Shown here one piece after another: positions 34,794 through 35,972 of a stretch of DNA of 35,972 nt. A program made the translations under genes and the position numbers. Positions within the stretch are counted from its first letter, which is position 1; every line of letters begins with the position of its first letter. The notes beneath the pieces were generated by a model. It did no database searches and was not told where the DNA came from. It saw nothing but the letters and a program-made list of their open reading frames with translations. The stretch is from Macrostomum lignano (taxonomy: Eukaryota): NCBI GenBank assembly GCA_002269645.1, contig NIVC01003861.1:1-35972 (forward strand). The letters are read 5' to 3'.

Positions 34794-35319
34794 ATGTTCC
34801 AAGCCAGCTACCTGACTTCCGCGCTGCTTGGCAGCCCCGGCACCTCGTCGGCGCCGTCCTCCCTCGGTGTCGGCGGTGACGGCGGACAGGCTTCAGCGGC
34901 GGCGACAACGGCGCTGCTCCCGGCCGCTCCGCCGATGCAGCCACCGGCGCTGCAGTTTCCACCTCCGCCGCCACCGCCGTTCTTCCCGCTGCCGCCCTGG
35001 CGCTTCCCCGGCGGCCCGCTGGCGCTGCTGCAGTCCGGCCTTCGCCTCGCTGCCGCCGCGGCCGCCGCTGCCGCCAATCCACAGGCCGCGTTGACGCAGC
35101 AGCCGATTCCGCCGCTGCCGGCGCCCGACGACTTGCTGCTGCACTCGGCGACGCCTCGCGGCTCCTTCATGATCGACGACATCCTGCAGGCGCCCGGCGT
35201 CGGCAGCTTCTCCGCCTTCCGGCACTCAGAGGTGGCCTGCGCAGCCACGCAGACGCTCAGCGATCAGGAGGAGCCGGCCAGCGACTCGGCCAGCTCGTCT
35301 CCCTACCTGGGCGCCATCG
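34794..35319 (+). CDS. N-terminal exon of a probable transcriptional repressor with an eh1 motif (likely NK-like/ANTP homeobox, e.g. Bar/Barx/Bsx type); DNA-binding domain not in window
   Basis: GC3-rich ORF with poly-Pro and poly-Ala tracts and SFMIDDIL (FxIxxIL, 35166-35186); donor GCCATCG|GTGAGG at 35319/35320. Confidence 0.65.
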
Positions 35320-35337
35320 GTGAGGACTTTCGCTTTA

Positions 35338-35625
35338 ACTGAGGGATCTTGAGGAGTCACTGATGATCTTGAGGAGTCACTGATGATCTTGAGGAGTCAC
35401 TGATGATCTTGAGGAGTCACTGATGATCTTGAGACGTCACTGATAATCTTGAGAAGTCATTGATGATTTTGAGGAGTCAGTGATGCTCTTGAGAAGTCAC
35501 TGATGATCTTGGAAAGGCCTTGATGATCTTGAGAAGTTATTGATGATCTTAAGGAGTTACTGATGACCTTGAGGAGTCAATGATGCTCTTGAGGATTCAC
35601 TGATGATCTTGGGGAGTCACTGATG
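35338..35625. repeat. 20-nt intronic minisatellite (TGAGGAGTCACTGATGATCT), ~14 copies
   Basis: Direct repeats beginning ~20 nt after the donor at 35320. Confidence 0.93.
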
Positions 35626-35972
35626 ATAATCAACCGAGTCAATGAGTCACAGAGTCACAGATCAGTGATCCCGAGGAGTGGCTGGTGAATGTGTGGCTCA
35701 ATGGCGGTATTTCAATATCAGTGATACTGTTAGCGGCCATTGACAATCGCAGGTGAAGGGATGCAGGAGTCATTTATTGTTTTCGTGACCAGAGCAACTG
35801 AAGGATTCCTAAAGATGCCTTTTGAATCCGATTTCATTCCTTTACTTAATCAAATGCAGTTTCTGCAATTGGCGGACCAGTGAAGCATTAAAACAGAACC
35901 ACTTAGCTGTAAGCTGCCTCGAAGATTGCTTTGAAAATAGCAGAGCTGGTGAGACTTGCGGCCAATCTGCAG

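Overview
Eukaryotic (animal) genomic DNA with GC3-rich exons, canonical GT-AG introns and about 23 different tandem minisatellite arrays covering roughly 13.5 kb (~37%, hand estimate). The style (GC-rich codons, poly-Ala/Gln/Gly tracts, introns dominated by private minisatellites) suggests the flatworm Macrostomum lignano; this is inference, not verified. Genes I can reconstruct by hand: (1) a + strand, 5'-incomplete, at least 9-exon gene (136-14607) for an uncharacterised ~1000-aa protein with a PGRS/collagen-like Gly-rich N-terminus, predicted beta-sandwich segments and an alpha/beta region; (2) an intronless Gln/His-rich ORF (2020-3668) lying on the same strand inside that gene's first visible intron; (3) a - strand synaptotagmin-14/16-like tandem-C2 gene (17994 to ~26169); (4) the last two exons of a + strand gene whose large exon holds 62 perfect copies of a 15-nt PTSPV repeat (31061-34070); (5) a + strand exon with an eh1 motif (FMIDDIL), probably from a homeobox-type repressor (34794-35319). 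Also present: a CORE-SINE-like fragment and a twice-occurring ~122-bp hairpin-forming element. Six apparent single-base frameshifts all fall in the first 7.3 kb and look like long-read consensus errors. Most ORFs in the supplied track are antisense shadows or repeat-derived. No rRNA, tRNA or CRISPR array was found. The most unusual pattern is that several arrays are built from the splice-site sequence of the exon they abut.
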